This document shows positions 38,933 to 47,811 of a stretch of 64,000 nucleotides of DNA, piece by piece (within the stretch, counting starts at the first letter, position 1; each line of letters begins with the position of its first letter). The translations under genes and the position numbers were made by a program. Under the pieces are notes generated by a model, which was not told the origin of the DNA, ran no database searches, and saw nothing but the letters and a program-made list of their open reading frames with translations. Source of the DNA: a virus (taxonomy: Duplodnaviria; Caudoviricetes); IMG/VR virus record IMGVR_UViG_3300031992_000057, positions 28,207-92,206 of that record, one strand, 5' to 3'.

Positions 38933-39443
38933 TGTGCGATTCCTTTCTATCCTTGATAGTTGGTTTGGTGTTATGGTTCCGCAGTCCGAGCCTCGGCTTC
39001 GTGCCGAGGGGCGCCGACAGCGCCAGCTCCAGGGGCCAGCCCCGCGCCAGGCGCTTCGTCAGCGTATTCTGCGATATGCCTATCCTGTCGGCGACTTCCT
39101 GCAACGTATTGTATGCGACACCGTTGAATATGCCTTTATGGCAGAATCTCCGGTTCCGCTTCTGTTCGTCCCAGGTCACCCACCGGCAGTTGTCCGGCGT
39201 GTAGTTTCCGTCGTTGTCTATCCTGTCGAGCGTGAGGCCCTCGCGGTACCCGCTTTTGCGGGCCCACTCGGCGAAGTTGTCGAAACTTCCGAGCCACATG
39301 TCGTACACACGGATCCCACGGCCGCCATAGAGCGGGTACCGTGGGCACCTTTTGTTGTAGCACCGGCCTTTCATTCCGGCCCACTTGATATACAGCTTCG
39401 TCAACTTTCCGTTGGCGTAATACCGCGCGAACTGTTCGTCCAT
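38886..39443 (-). CDS. HNH homing endonuclease
   Basis: W.GMKGRC...YGGRGIRV...LTLDRIDNDGNYTPDNCRW plus C-terminal HTH. Confidence 0.9.
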   Translation of the reverse strand: MDEQFARYYANGKLTKLYIKWAGMKGRCYNKRCPRYPLYGGRGIRVYDMWLGSFDNFAEWARKSGYREGLTLDRIDNDGNYTPDNCRWVTWDEQKRNRRFCHKGIFNGVAYNTLQEVADRIGISQNTLTKRLARGWPLELALSAPLGTKPRLGLRNHNTKPTIKDRKESHNVCDSSGRQEAVHEA

Positions 39444-39476
39444 TGCCTATCTCCTTTTTGTCATAGATGGTTGAAT

Positions 39477-39505
39477 ATTATACCATACATGACTCTCGGA
39501 TGCAA
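39477..39505 (-). promoter_or_regulatory. Promoter of third HNH gene
   Basis: TTGCAT-N17-TATAAT with TG extension. Confidence 0.75.
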
Positions 39506-39512
39506 GGCGCAA

Positions 39513-40643
39513 TCACCCCACCGTCTGTTTCGCGAGGTTCCTCAGCGCCTCGCTTGATGTAGTCTCTATGAGCCAGTCCATGAACGACTCCCTCGTCACG
39601 GTGAAGTCCGGCTCGCGGCAGCACTTTCCGGCGAACCGGACGACGCTGGTCATGAGCTCGACGATGCGGTGGATGGACAATGCGTGCATCGTCCCCTTCG
39701 CCCGCCGGAACTCTATGGTGTACTGGTGCTCCTGGTTGATCTCGGTCCCGTGGCCCGCCGCCAGGTACTGGTCGCCGATCCACGAGATCTCGCCTCCGTC
39801 CTTGGCGTGGACGAGCTGCATGACCGAGCTTACGTCCCGCGACATGTTCCCCCGGCGCACCATGAGCGCCGAGACGCAGTAGTCGACGAGCGAAGCCCCG
39901 GTCGCCTTCCCCGTCCTCACGAACGTGGCGGCGTCGGTGAACGTCGGGATGTCCGCCATGCCGCAGTACTGACCTGTCCTGCGGAGCGCGACGCGGTCGA
40001 CGAACGCCTGGTCCAGGACCGAGTAGTAGATGACGGCCGACAGGAGCTTCCCGACCGAGCGCCTGTCGTCGGGCACCTTCACCGGGATGCCGTCGAACGT
40101 CTCGAACTGGTTGAGCCCGACGTGCACGTGGAGACCCGTCTCCTCGCACTGGAAGCTCTGGAGCCACGGGTTGCAGAGGTTCTGCAGCCCCGTCCAGAGG
40201 CGCTGGTCGCGGTACGCCCGCGGCGGCAGCGGCTCCGTGATGAGCTCGTACCCGTACTCGCCCGAATGGGCCCTGTCCAGCGATCCGTCCCGCTCGAAGT
40301 GGAACCAGTTGGACTTCAGGTCCTGCATGGCCGCCCGGGCGAACTCGTAGCTGAACTCGCGCATGTGCGTCTCCAGCTCGATGCCCGCGGACGGCCATTC
40401 GCCGTCGCGCAGGTACACGTTGTACGTCGGGGTGTGGTGGTAGCCCACCTTGCCCTCGTGCAGCGTCTGCCCGAGCCTCTGCACGCCCTCCGCGGGCGCG
40501 AAGCCCGGCGGCAGGGTCGCCGATTCGACCGTCCTGTGCGACCTGCACTGCTCGACGGTCACCGGACCGTTGCCGTAGTTTGTGCTCGTGGCGCACTTGC
40601 CCCCCGACAGGAGGCGCGGGTTGCCGCATATGAACAATTCCAT
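39513..40643 (-). CDS. Putative amidoligase (COOH-NH2 ligase fold)
   Basis: GIELE, ERDGSL, YELITEP, TGLHVHVG, TIEFR. Confidence 0.85.
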   Translation of the reverse strand: MELFICGNPRLLSGGKCATSTNYGNGPVTVEQCRSHRTVESATLPPGFAPAEGVQRLGQTLHEGKVGYHHTPTYNVYLRDGEWPSAGIELETHMREFSYEFARAAMQDLKSNWFHFERDGSLDRAHSGEYGYELITEPLPPRAYRDQRLWTGLQNLCNPWLQSFQCEETGLHVHVGLNQFETFDGIPVKVPDDRRSVGKLLSAVIYYSVLDQAFVDRVALRRTGQYCGMADIPTFTDAATFVRTGKATGASLVDYCVSALMVRRGNMSRDVSSVMQLVHAKDGGEISWIGDQYLAAGHGTEINQEHQYTIEFRRAKGTMHALSIHRIVELMTSVVRFAGKCCREPDFTVTRESFMDWLIETTSSEALRNLAKQTVG

Positions 40644-40645
40644 CT

Positions 40646-41110
40646 TTAGAACTCCTCTCTCATTCCGCCCGCGGACGACACCGGACGCATCGGAGACCCG
40701 GACGAATCCGGCTCTGCATCCATGACGTCCCTCTGCGCGGACTGCTTGACGTTGGCGAAGGAGAGAACCCAGCGGACGCGACTCGAGCCGTACGCCACCA
40801 TGTTCACCCCGTCCGCCGCGGCCTCCTGGATCGCGTTGGCGAAGTAGATGAGACGTCCGGCTCCGCCGGCGGCGCCCACGTCGTCCGCCTTCCTCCAGGA
40901 CGATATCGGCATCACGTGCCGCACGCCGCCCTTCTCGAACTCGACGTACACGCAGTGCCCGCCGATCGCGTCGCACATCTCCTGCACGGTCCGCTCCTTG
41001 AGCCTTCCGTACCGGGAGTACGCCTTCCGCACCATGGGCTTCAGCCCCGGGCGCGGCCTCTCCGGCGTCATCGTCACGACGACGTCCGACTGTCCAAACG
41101 TAAATGTCAT
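40646..41110 (-). CDS. Hypothetical protein
   Basis: TAATG coupling. Confidence 0.7.
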   Translation of the reverse strand: MTFTFGQSDVVVTMTPERPRPGLKPMVRKAYSRYGRLKERTVQEMCDAIGGHCVYVEFEKGGVRHVMPISSWRKADDVGAAGGAGRLIYFANAIQEAAADGVNMVAYGSSRVRWVLSFANVKQSAQRDVMDAEPDSSGSPMRPVSSAGGMREEF

Positions 41111-42063
41111 TACAGTTCAACTCCCGTCTCCGCAAGCATCGTCCTGCGGCTCCGCGTCTCCTCGGGAGCCATCTTGCGGGCGTTGGCCCTGTAGGCCTTC
41201 AGCCGCGTGATGTCCCTCTTGACGTCGGCCATGAGGCCCTTCATGTACCGGCGGCTCGCCTGGATGCGGTCAAAGAACCGCTGCGCGAGCTTCGCGCTCG
41301 CCCATCCTGCGATCCGCCCCGTCATGTCGTCGACGAACTGCTGCGTCGGACGCAGCACCACCGCGCCGCGCTTCACAAGCTCCGCCAGGAATCCACCATT
41401 GAAGCGGATCCTCTGCTCCTTCTCGTTCCAGCCGCATCCGTCCCACGCCATGAGCGTTTCGCACGCGTAGGTGTCCATGTCGGGCTTCTCGTCCTGGCGG
41501 GTCGGGAAGTACGCGTCCGCGTCGTCCGACCCATCGGGGCGCATGGAGCACAGCCTGAAGCCATCCCACACCTGGTTGGCGTAGAGGTCGTCGGTGCTCT
41601 TGGGTCCGCGCGTATGCTCGAAATGGAGCGTCCCCGCGAGGCCCATCGTCTCCAGGAGACGCTTCTGGACGGCGCCGTCGTGCGTCTCGTTCCAGCACCC
41701 GGCCCACTCCCTCATGGTCCACAGCTTCGGACCGAAGGGCACGATGGACGCGGTGCGGACCTCGGGGTCCTCCTTGGTCCGCTTCGCGACGGCGTCCATG
41801 CCGAGCAGGAGCTCGTTCTCGGTCGGGGCGTCCCTGTGGCACACGTTGCAGACCATGAAGGCCCTCGCCACCATGTCCTTCCGGACGAGCCACTTGGCCA
41901 CGATGTTGCGGCTGTTGTCGCTCCGGGACGTGCCGCCTATCGACAGCCCCATCTTCGCGAACGTGGGCCCAGAGACGTTGAGGCGCCTCTCGCCCGCGGG
42001 GAAGAGGACGATGTCGCCGTCCTTCGCCCGCTCAGGGTCCTTGACCCTCGTGAATCTGACCAT
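41110..42063 (-). CDS. Hypothetical protein
   Basis: AAGGAG RBS; 317 aa. Confidence 0.8.
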   Translation of the reverse strand: MVRFTRVKDPERAKDGDIVLFPAGERRLNVSGPTFAKMGLSIGGTSRSDNSRNIVAKWLVRKDMVARAFMVCNVCHRDAPTENELLLGMDAVAKRTKEDPEVRTASIVPFGPKLWTMREWAGCWNETHDGAVQKRLLETMGLAGTLHFEHTRGPKSTDDLYANQVWDGFRLCSMRPDGSDDADAYFPTRQDEKPDMDTYACETLMAWDGCGWNEKEQRIRFNGGFLAELVKRGAVVLRPTQQFVDDMTGRIAGWASAKLAQRFFDRIQASRRYMKGLMADVKRDITRLKAYRANARKMAPEETRSRRTMLAETGVEL

Positions 42064-42110
42064 GTCAAACTCCTTTCGTGAATTGATTCATCTTTCTCCC
42101 CTGCCGGAAG

Positions 42111-42147
42111 AAAAATTTTAAGGGGCGCCCTTCTCCAGGAGCGCCCC
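42111..42147 (-). terminator. Intrinsic terminator
   Basis: GGGGCGCTC...GGGCGCCCC then TTAAAATTTTT. Confidence 0.65.
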
Positions 42148-42154
42148 ATCGACG

Positions 42155-42649
42155 TCAGTCGACCTTCCCGGCCGCGTTGACGTTCGCCGCGATCTTACGG
42201 AGGAAGTAGCGGATGCCAGAGGCATCTACGATCTCCCAGCGCGAATCGCACTCGGGATGGTCGGCGCACATGCGCTTCGCCGTCTCGACGATGCGGTTCA
42301 CCTGCTCGCCGTCCTCGGTGAAGAGGTCGACGCACTCCGGGTTCTCCGCGTTCTTCGCCACAAAGCCCTTGTAGAACTTGTAGCTGGCGAGGGACTTGAT
42401 GTCCCCGACGAGGCGGACGAACAGCTCGACCGTCTTGGCGTCGCCCTCGTTCTCGCCGATCGCCTGGACCGTGCGGATCGCGGTGCCGTCGCCGCCGACC
42501 ACCTGGTGCTTCCCGGCGAAGCCGGCGGCCGTCGTGATCAGGACGCGGCCCACGGGCTTGCGGTCGATCGTGCCGGTGATGGCCTCGACCGTCTTGCCCG
42601 CGATGTCGACCTCTTCATACGACGGGATCTCGGTGTACTTGCATTTCAT
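42155..42649 (-). CDS. Hypothetical early protein
   Basis: RBS; preceded by structured leader. Confidence 0.75.
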   Translation of the reverse strand: MKCKYTEIPSYEEVDIAGKTVEAITGTIDRKPVGRVLITTAAGFAGKHQVVGGDGTAIRTVQAIGENEGDAKTVELFVRLVGDIKSLASYKFYKGFVAKNAENPECVDLFTEDGEQVNRIVETAKRMCADHPECDSRWEIVDASGIRYFLRKIAANVNAAGKVD

Positions 42650-42691
42650 CTCTTTGTTTCCTTTGTTTTTGCTCACGCCCATTGGGCGCTC

Positions 42692-42760
42692 GCGGTTTGC
42701 GCAAACCTCTGCCGCACCGTGCGGCAAAGGGGTTTCCCGCACCCCACCCGGGGCGCGGAA
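42692..42760 (-). ncRNA. Structured leader RNA motif, copy B
   Basis: Two hairpins plus conserved tail; covaries with copy A. Confidence 0.6.
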
Positions 42761-42767
42761 ATCGAAA

Positions 42768-43241
42768 TTATCTTTTCGCTCTTGACCTGGATCTGGCTTT
42801 TGCTTGCAATTTCTGCAACTGTGATTTCAGGTCTCCGATGTCTTGCTGAATCTGTGCCAGGTCGGTGGCGCTTTTGCATATTTCAGGCATTCTGACACAC
42901 TGACGGCGCATCCTGGCTTCATAGGCGAACCTGAACTCGTCCATGAACTCATTCCACGTAGCGTGTACGTGGTGGTCAGCGTTATCATAGACGTCCATCA
43001 TCAGTATGTGTTGGTTCCCGTTCTGGAAATCCCGGAACACGACTGCGTATCCGGTATCTTCAATGTGCTGCGATTCATAGAACCAAGTCGCTCCGGTGCG
43101 TAGCCCCATGTCGTCAAACATTTTCTGCAACGACGTCGGCGTCGCCTTGAAGTACCCGATGACTTTGTCCAGAAAATCATCGGACACCCAATGTTCCTTG
43201 CGTCCCATGTCGTTGCATAGGCAGCAATGCTCTATTGCCAT
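42768..43241 (-). CDS. Hypothetical early protein (lower GC)
   Basis: AGGAGG RBS; coiled-coil C-terminus. Confidence 0.75.
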   Translation of the reverse strand: MAIEHCCLCNDMGRKEHWVSDDFLDKVIGYFKATPTSLQKMFDDMGLRTGATWFYESQHIEDTGYAVVFRDFQNGNQHILMMDVYDNADHHVHATWNEFMDEFRFAYEARMRRQCVRMPEICKSATDLAQIQQDIGDLKSQLQKLQAKARSRSRAKR

Positions 43242-43286
43242 AACAAACCTCCTATCGTTTTGCCTCAGCTCCGCGTCAGGGCCTCG

Positions 43287-43354
43287 GCGGTTTACGCAAA
43301 CCTTCTCGGCCACTTGGCCTCGAAGGGGTTTCCCGTCCCCACCCGGGGACGGAA
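43287..43354 (-). ncRNA. Structured leader RNA motif, copy A
   Basis: Same architecture as copy B with different stem sequences. Confidence 0.6.
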
Positions 43355-43399
43355 GAGACGGCGGAGAGCCCGTCGGCCATGGACCGGCTGCGGCATGCT

Positions 43400-43472
43400 C
43401 CCCTTCCGGGGCGCTCGGGAGTCGAACCCTTTCCCAGGGGACCCTGGGCGTCCATTGCGCTGTCCGGAAGGG
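43400..43472 (-). ncRNA. tRNA-like element with 4-nt anticodon loop
   Basis: D-like GCG-CAAUGGA-CGC; CCAGG-GUCC-CCUGG; T arm GGG-UUCGACU-CCC; closing CUUCCGG/CCGGAAG. Confidence 0.5.
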
Positions 43473-43499
43473 CGCTTGGGCCCTCCGCCTGAAATCGGG

Positions 43500-43823
43500 C
43501 TATATGGTCTCCTCCCAGCCGCATTCGACCGGAAACAGCCTGTAGTGCGTAAGCGGACGGCTCTCCTTCTGAAGGCCACTCTTCGGCTCAAGCACATAAT
43601 GGCCTGGATCGACTTTCCGGTAATTGAAGTCGTCGAGGATCCATCCCTTCAGGGCTTCCGCGTCCGTCATCTTCGCGATGGCGTCCATTGCCTCGGCCCT
43701 GCTGTCGAAAAAGGTCTTCACGGTGCCGTCGTCCGCATCCGTGCGGCGCAGGACGCCCTCCCACCGGAGGCCCTTGCCTGGAGTATGGCAGGTTTCGACT
43801 ATCGCCCATCTGACAATCTTCAT
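43500..43823 (-). CDS. Hypothetical early protein
   Basis: AAGGAG RBS. Confidence 0.75.
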   Translation of the reverse strand: MKIVRWAIVETCHTPGKGLRWEGVLRRTDADDGTVKTFFDSRAEAMDAIAKMTDAEALKGWILDDFNYRKVDPGHYVLEPKSGLQKESRPLTHYRLFPVECGWEETI

Positions 43824-45059
43824 CGTTTTATCTCCTTAGCTGTGGATAAAATTGAATTGGTCCCTCCCGGTTCGGAGCTCGTGAGGGACCGTGACCAGGC
43901 CTGCATACATCAAAGTGTCGACGGCGCCCGAAGGCGAAGCTCCACAATTTGAGGTCCAAACCGCTGTTCCTGGAATTTCTGAGGGGCGTATGGCGACGCC
44001 GCATACCCCTCGCCCGTCTGGTTCACGCCTCGCGGCATGTCGTCGCCCCAGAACCCGGGATTGTTCACGCACCGGCCGTGCGCTGGCTTTTAGGCGGATG
44101 TCTACGCCGGGGATCACCCTGTCGCCCGGATCAAACGGGCCAGCCATCCGTCCTGAAACGGAAGAATCGTCTCGGCCACCGGCCCGCCCCCTCTGCCCAG
44201 ACTGCGGGCAGGTGAACACCGCAGCCTGTTTCGCGCGTTCTGACCGTGTTTTCCGAACGAAGGAGACGCGCCGCGGGCAGTGAATCATTTGTTAGCCTGG
44301 TGGAAGATGCCGGCTCGAATGGGCCGAGACAAAGGTTGCACGGCTACTCCTGTCCCGTGGCTGACTCTGCATTGTTTCCTGTGAAGGTGTCCTTGCGCGC
44401 ATGGCTGAGGCCTCCACCGTGAGCATATGTTCATGCAGTGCTTTCCCTCGCCAGTCCATGTACGAGGATTTCGTTCCCCAGAGGCTGCTCCGGGGAATTT
44501 AAGATTTGCACGGAGACGCTATGTCCGTGGCTGACTGGATCCGTCTTTCCCGTCTTGGGGCTGTACGGGCCCTCCGGCGGTCATCATGCGTTTTTGCGCC
44601 CACGGCCGTGCTCCTCTCCCTTCCGGGCGGTCGGCCTGCCGTGCGCACCGCGGGATCCTCGCGGCTCCTGTCCCTTCCGGACGGGAAGGAAATCGAAGAT
44701 GCCATCCTGCACGCTCGCCACGATATGATCTCCTCACGGCGGCCCGGTTGCGTGCCCGGATGGCAGGTCCCTTACGGCGGACCGGCCGGAAATCAAAATA
44801 TGAAATTCAATCGAGGGGCTTCCACCCTCACCCAGGTCTTTCCCTGTCGTCCGTGTCTTTCCACAGTCAGCGGTCCCACGTCACGTTGTTGGACGTCCCT
44901 CCCGCCGTCGACCCCGTCAAGCCCAGGAAAGCCGCTCCCCGAAGGGCGCTGCAGTCCAGCATTTGCGGATTACCGCCATCCATGGAGTTTGTACGGTCTC
45001 CATCCCGTCCGCCGACCCTGAAATGGGGACTCAAACCCCGGTCGCACCGCATCATGCGG

Positions 45060-45374
45060 CTATCGGCAAATCCATTCGCCGGGGAGGCTGCTCCTCCCCA
45101 GCACTCGCGCCAGCTCCGAGGCCTTCGTCTCGATGTCGATGCACGCGCTTCCCTTCGCGAACCAGGCGGAGACGAGCTCGTCGCCGCCCGTCCCGCCCGG
45201 TTCGTCGGGGTAGAATGCGTCGCTGTGCACGGAGTACGCATACAGGAACGCGTTCACGTCCACGACAATCTCCGGTCCGCGCCTCATCGCGTGGACCGCA
45301 GGGGACCCGTTCACGGGGTTGGCGCCCCGGTACGCGCCGTGCCGCACGTACCTCGGCAGCTTCACGAGCTTCAT
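45060..45374 (-). CDS. Hypothetical early protein
   Basis: Operon context. Confidence 0.6.
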   Translation of the reverse strand: MKLVKLPRYVRHGAYRGANPVNGSPAVHAMRRGPEIVVDVNAFLYAYSVHSDAFYPDEPGGTGGDELVSAWFAKGSACIDIETKASELARVLGRSSLPGEWICR

Positions 45375-45450
45375 GACGCCGCCCACCAGAGCAGGGCGCC
45401 GAACGTCCCCAGGGCGCCCAGCGACCTCGCCAGCTCCATGAGGAAGTCCT

Positions 45451-45849
45451 TCATCTGGCCACCTCGGCCTCCACGGCCTCGACGTCGTCGAACTCCTCCG
45501 TGCAGTCGACGTCCTTCCAGGGCCAGTTTCCGGCCTCGTCCTCGGCCCGGTCCTCGATGAGGTCCAGGGCCTCCTCCTCGCTGCGCGCCTTCACGCGGAC
45601 CTTCGCGGTCTGCTGCACCGTCTTCGTGCGCGACATGGTGACGATCCAGTCCTGAAGACCGTCTTCCCCGTCATCGTCGTCTTCGCCGTCGGTCAGGTGC
45701 GGGCACTCGTCGCAGTGATGGTGCCCGTCGCACTCGTCGCACGCGTCGCATTCATGCGGGCTGTCGGGTCTGCCGGACGCATCCTCCTGCGCCGGCCTCT
45801 CCCCGCCCCGGAGGAACCAGTCCTCCATCGTCTTGTCTGCCATCGTCAT
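45451..45849 (-). CDS. Acidic protein with Cys/His cluster
   Basis: AAGGAG RBS; several CxxC motifs and HHH. Confidence 0.7.
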   Translation of the reverse strand: MTMADKTMEDWFLRGGERPAQEDASGRPDSPHECDACDECDGHHHCDECPHLTDGEDDDDGEDGLQDWIVTMSRTKTVQQTAKVRVKARSEEEALDLIEDRAEDEAGNWPWKDVDCTEEFDDVEAVEAEVAR

Positions 45850-46187
45850 TCTCCTTTCACATCATGGTCAGCGCCAGCGCCGCCAGCATCGCCAGCGTCG
45901 TCTGCGCCAGGTCCTGCAGAAGCTCCTTCCGTCCGCCCGGGCGGTAGTACTTCTTCAGGGTTTCGTTCAGCGTTCTCGCCATCTTCGTTCTCCTTGAACT
46001 GTTCGAGGGTGAAGTCTATGACCTTGCCCATCGTCTCATGTTCCATGAGGAACTTTATCTTCTCCTCCGCGTGCTTTGCGTTCCTCGCGCGCACGTGGAA
46101 GAGAAGATGTCCGTTCATCCATGCGCCGTAAAGGCCCTCGCGGTTGACCACGGGGGCCTTCTCGGGCTTCATCACTAGCTGTATCAT
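45846..46187 (-). CDS. Hypothetical protein
   Basis: ATGA coupling on both sides. Confidence 0.6.
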   Translation of the reverse strand: MIQLVMKPEKAPVVNREGLYGAWMNGHLLFHVRARNAKHAEEKIKFLMEHETMGKVIDFTLEQFKENEDGENAERNPEEVLPPGRTEGASAGPGADDAGDAGGAGADHDVKGE

Positions 46188-46363
46188 GGCTTTGGCTTCG
46201 ACCTCACCCATACCGGCCAGCTGCTTTCGGGCACCGTGCCCTGCTCGTAGCCGAGCTCGGCCATTTTCATGTCGCGCCAGCAGTCGCCGAGCGCGCAGAC
46301 CACGATCACCGCCGCGACCGTCAGCATCAGCGCCACCAGCACTATACATGCGGTCTTTGACAT
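46184..46363 (-). CDS. 59-aa membrane protein (absent from ORF track)
   Basis: MSKTACIVLVALMLTVAAVIVVCALG...MAELGYEQGTVP; GGAG RBS; paralog of 17342-17560. Confidence 0.75.
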   Translation of the reverse strand: MSKTACIVLVALMLTVAAVIVVCALGDCWRDMKMAELGYEQGTVPESSWPVWVRSKPKP

Positions 46364-46364
46364 G

Positions 46365-46829
46365 TCAGCTCCCCTTTGCGGCTTTTGCCATCTCGTACAT
46401 CTCGAGAAGCTTGCCGATGGCGCACTCCTTGACGCCGAGCGTTCCGAGCGCCGCCATGGCGCTCGTCAGCGTGTCGAAGTCGACCTTGCGGGCGAGGAGC
46501 TCTTCGCGCATCTCGGCCTTCTCGGCCTCCCTGCGCTCCTGCTCCGCCACGGTCTCCCTGGCCACCTGCCTCGCGTCGTACTGCGACTGCTTCCACAGCC
46601 GCACGAAACGCTCGTGCGCATCGTACGTCTTGGCGCCCAGGGACCTCGTCCCCGGATGCGTCTTGTTGTACGTGGCCAGGAGCTGCGCCTTCGTCGCGGC
46701 GCAGAACTGGGGGATGTTGCCGCCAAAGAGCGCGAGCAGCTCTCCGATGCGGTTCACCAGAAGAGCCGACAGCCCCGCGTCGCGGAGCTGCCCCAGAAGG
46801 GCCTTCGGCCCGAGAGTTTCGGTGGACAT
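46365..46829 (-). CDS. Hypothetical early protein
   Basis: GGAGG RBS. Confidence 0.75.
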   Translation of the reverse strand: MSTETLGPKALLGQLRDAGLSALLVNRIGELLALFGGNIPQFCAATKAQLLATYNKTHPGTRSLGAKTYDAHERFVRLWKQSQYDARQVARETVAEQERREAEKAEMREELLARKVDFDTLTSAMAALGTLGVKECAIGKLLEMYEMAKAAKGS

Positions 46830-46830
46830 T

Positions 46831-46971
46831 TCAGTCCCTCCCGAAACGGCGGCGCATCTCTGCGCACACGTTGGCGTACCGGACGCCGTCCTTGAATCCC
46901 CGCCTGCGCAGGGCTATCTTGTAGTTCTTGAGCTCGTCGAACGACGCGCTTTCCATTCTCTTCGTGCTCAT
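46831..46971 (-). CDS. 46-aa basic peptide (absent from ORF track)
   Basis: AAGGAG RBS; LRRRGFKDGVRYAN; paralog of 50017-50181. Confidence 0.7.
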   Translation of the reverse strand: MSTKRMESASFDELKNYKIALRRRGFKDGVRYANVCAEMRRRFGRD

Positions 46972-47582
46972 TGCTTCTCCTTTTTGTGGTTTACGAAAAA
47001 TCAGGGTGGCCAGGCTTCACGTACCTGCCTTGAGCCCCTCGAGGGCAACGGTTCCGCCACCTAGGAAAGATGGCCTAAAGGTTTCCGGCACCCACACTCC
47101 TGCCGGACCTGGGTGCGCCGTCCTGCCCCCTTCTTCCCTTCGTCGCCCCGGGGCCGGGCGGCCGGGCGCGGGCATCAGGCTCCCGCACCGGAAATGTCTG
47201 CGAGCGCGATGCCGTGCCGTCCGGGTTGCCATTCCATCCCATGGACGCCTTTGGGCGACTGTTGCACCGGAATCGGAAGAGCTCCGGGGACTGGCCCCGT
47301 ACTGTCCGCCTTACCGTACCGCTCACGCCGAAGCAGCGTGGCGCGGCATCGCGTTCGACTCCCCGACTTGCACGGGTATCCTTTCGGTTGGCCTTTTTCG
47401 TCCGGGCCAGGGAGGCGTTTTTGCAGGTCGTAGACCTCTACGTGCTCACCATTGTCTCACGTGCATAGAATCATCCCTATGCAGGGGACGGAAGGACGTT
47501 CAAGGTCTCCTTCACTCGGTACCTCTTCCCGGCTTGTAGCGGCGGAGTCCGAATTAAACGGACATCAAGGCGTCTGCCCGCC

Positions 47583-47783
47583 TCACCGGAAAATGCACAA
47601 TGCAGCGCTGACCGCAATCAATGCGGCCGTCAATGCGATCAGGCAGCGTCTCGCCGTCCTGATCTTCCTCTCCCGCAGCAGCCTGTACTCGAGGTCCGCC
47701 GGCGATGGCGTGCAGACTCTGCGGTGTTTCGGCCTGCGGTGTTTCGGCTTCAGCCTGCGCTGTCTTTTGGGATGTCTTGCCAT
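47583..47783 (-). CDS. Arg-rich peptide with C-terminal TM helix
   Basis: AAGGAG RBS; RHPKRQRRLKPKHRRPKHRR. Confidence 0.65.
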   Translation of the reverse strand: MARHPKRQRRLKPKHRRPKHRRVCTPSPADLEYRLLRERKIRTARRCLIALTAALIAVSAALCIFR

Positions 47784-47811
47784 GGCAATGCTCCTTTCTG
47801 GTTGATGAAAA

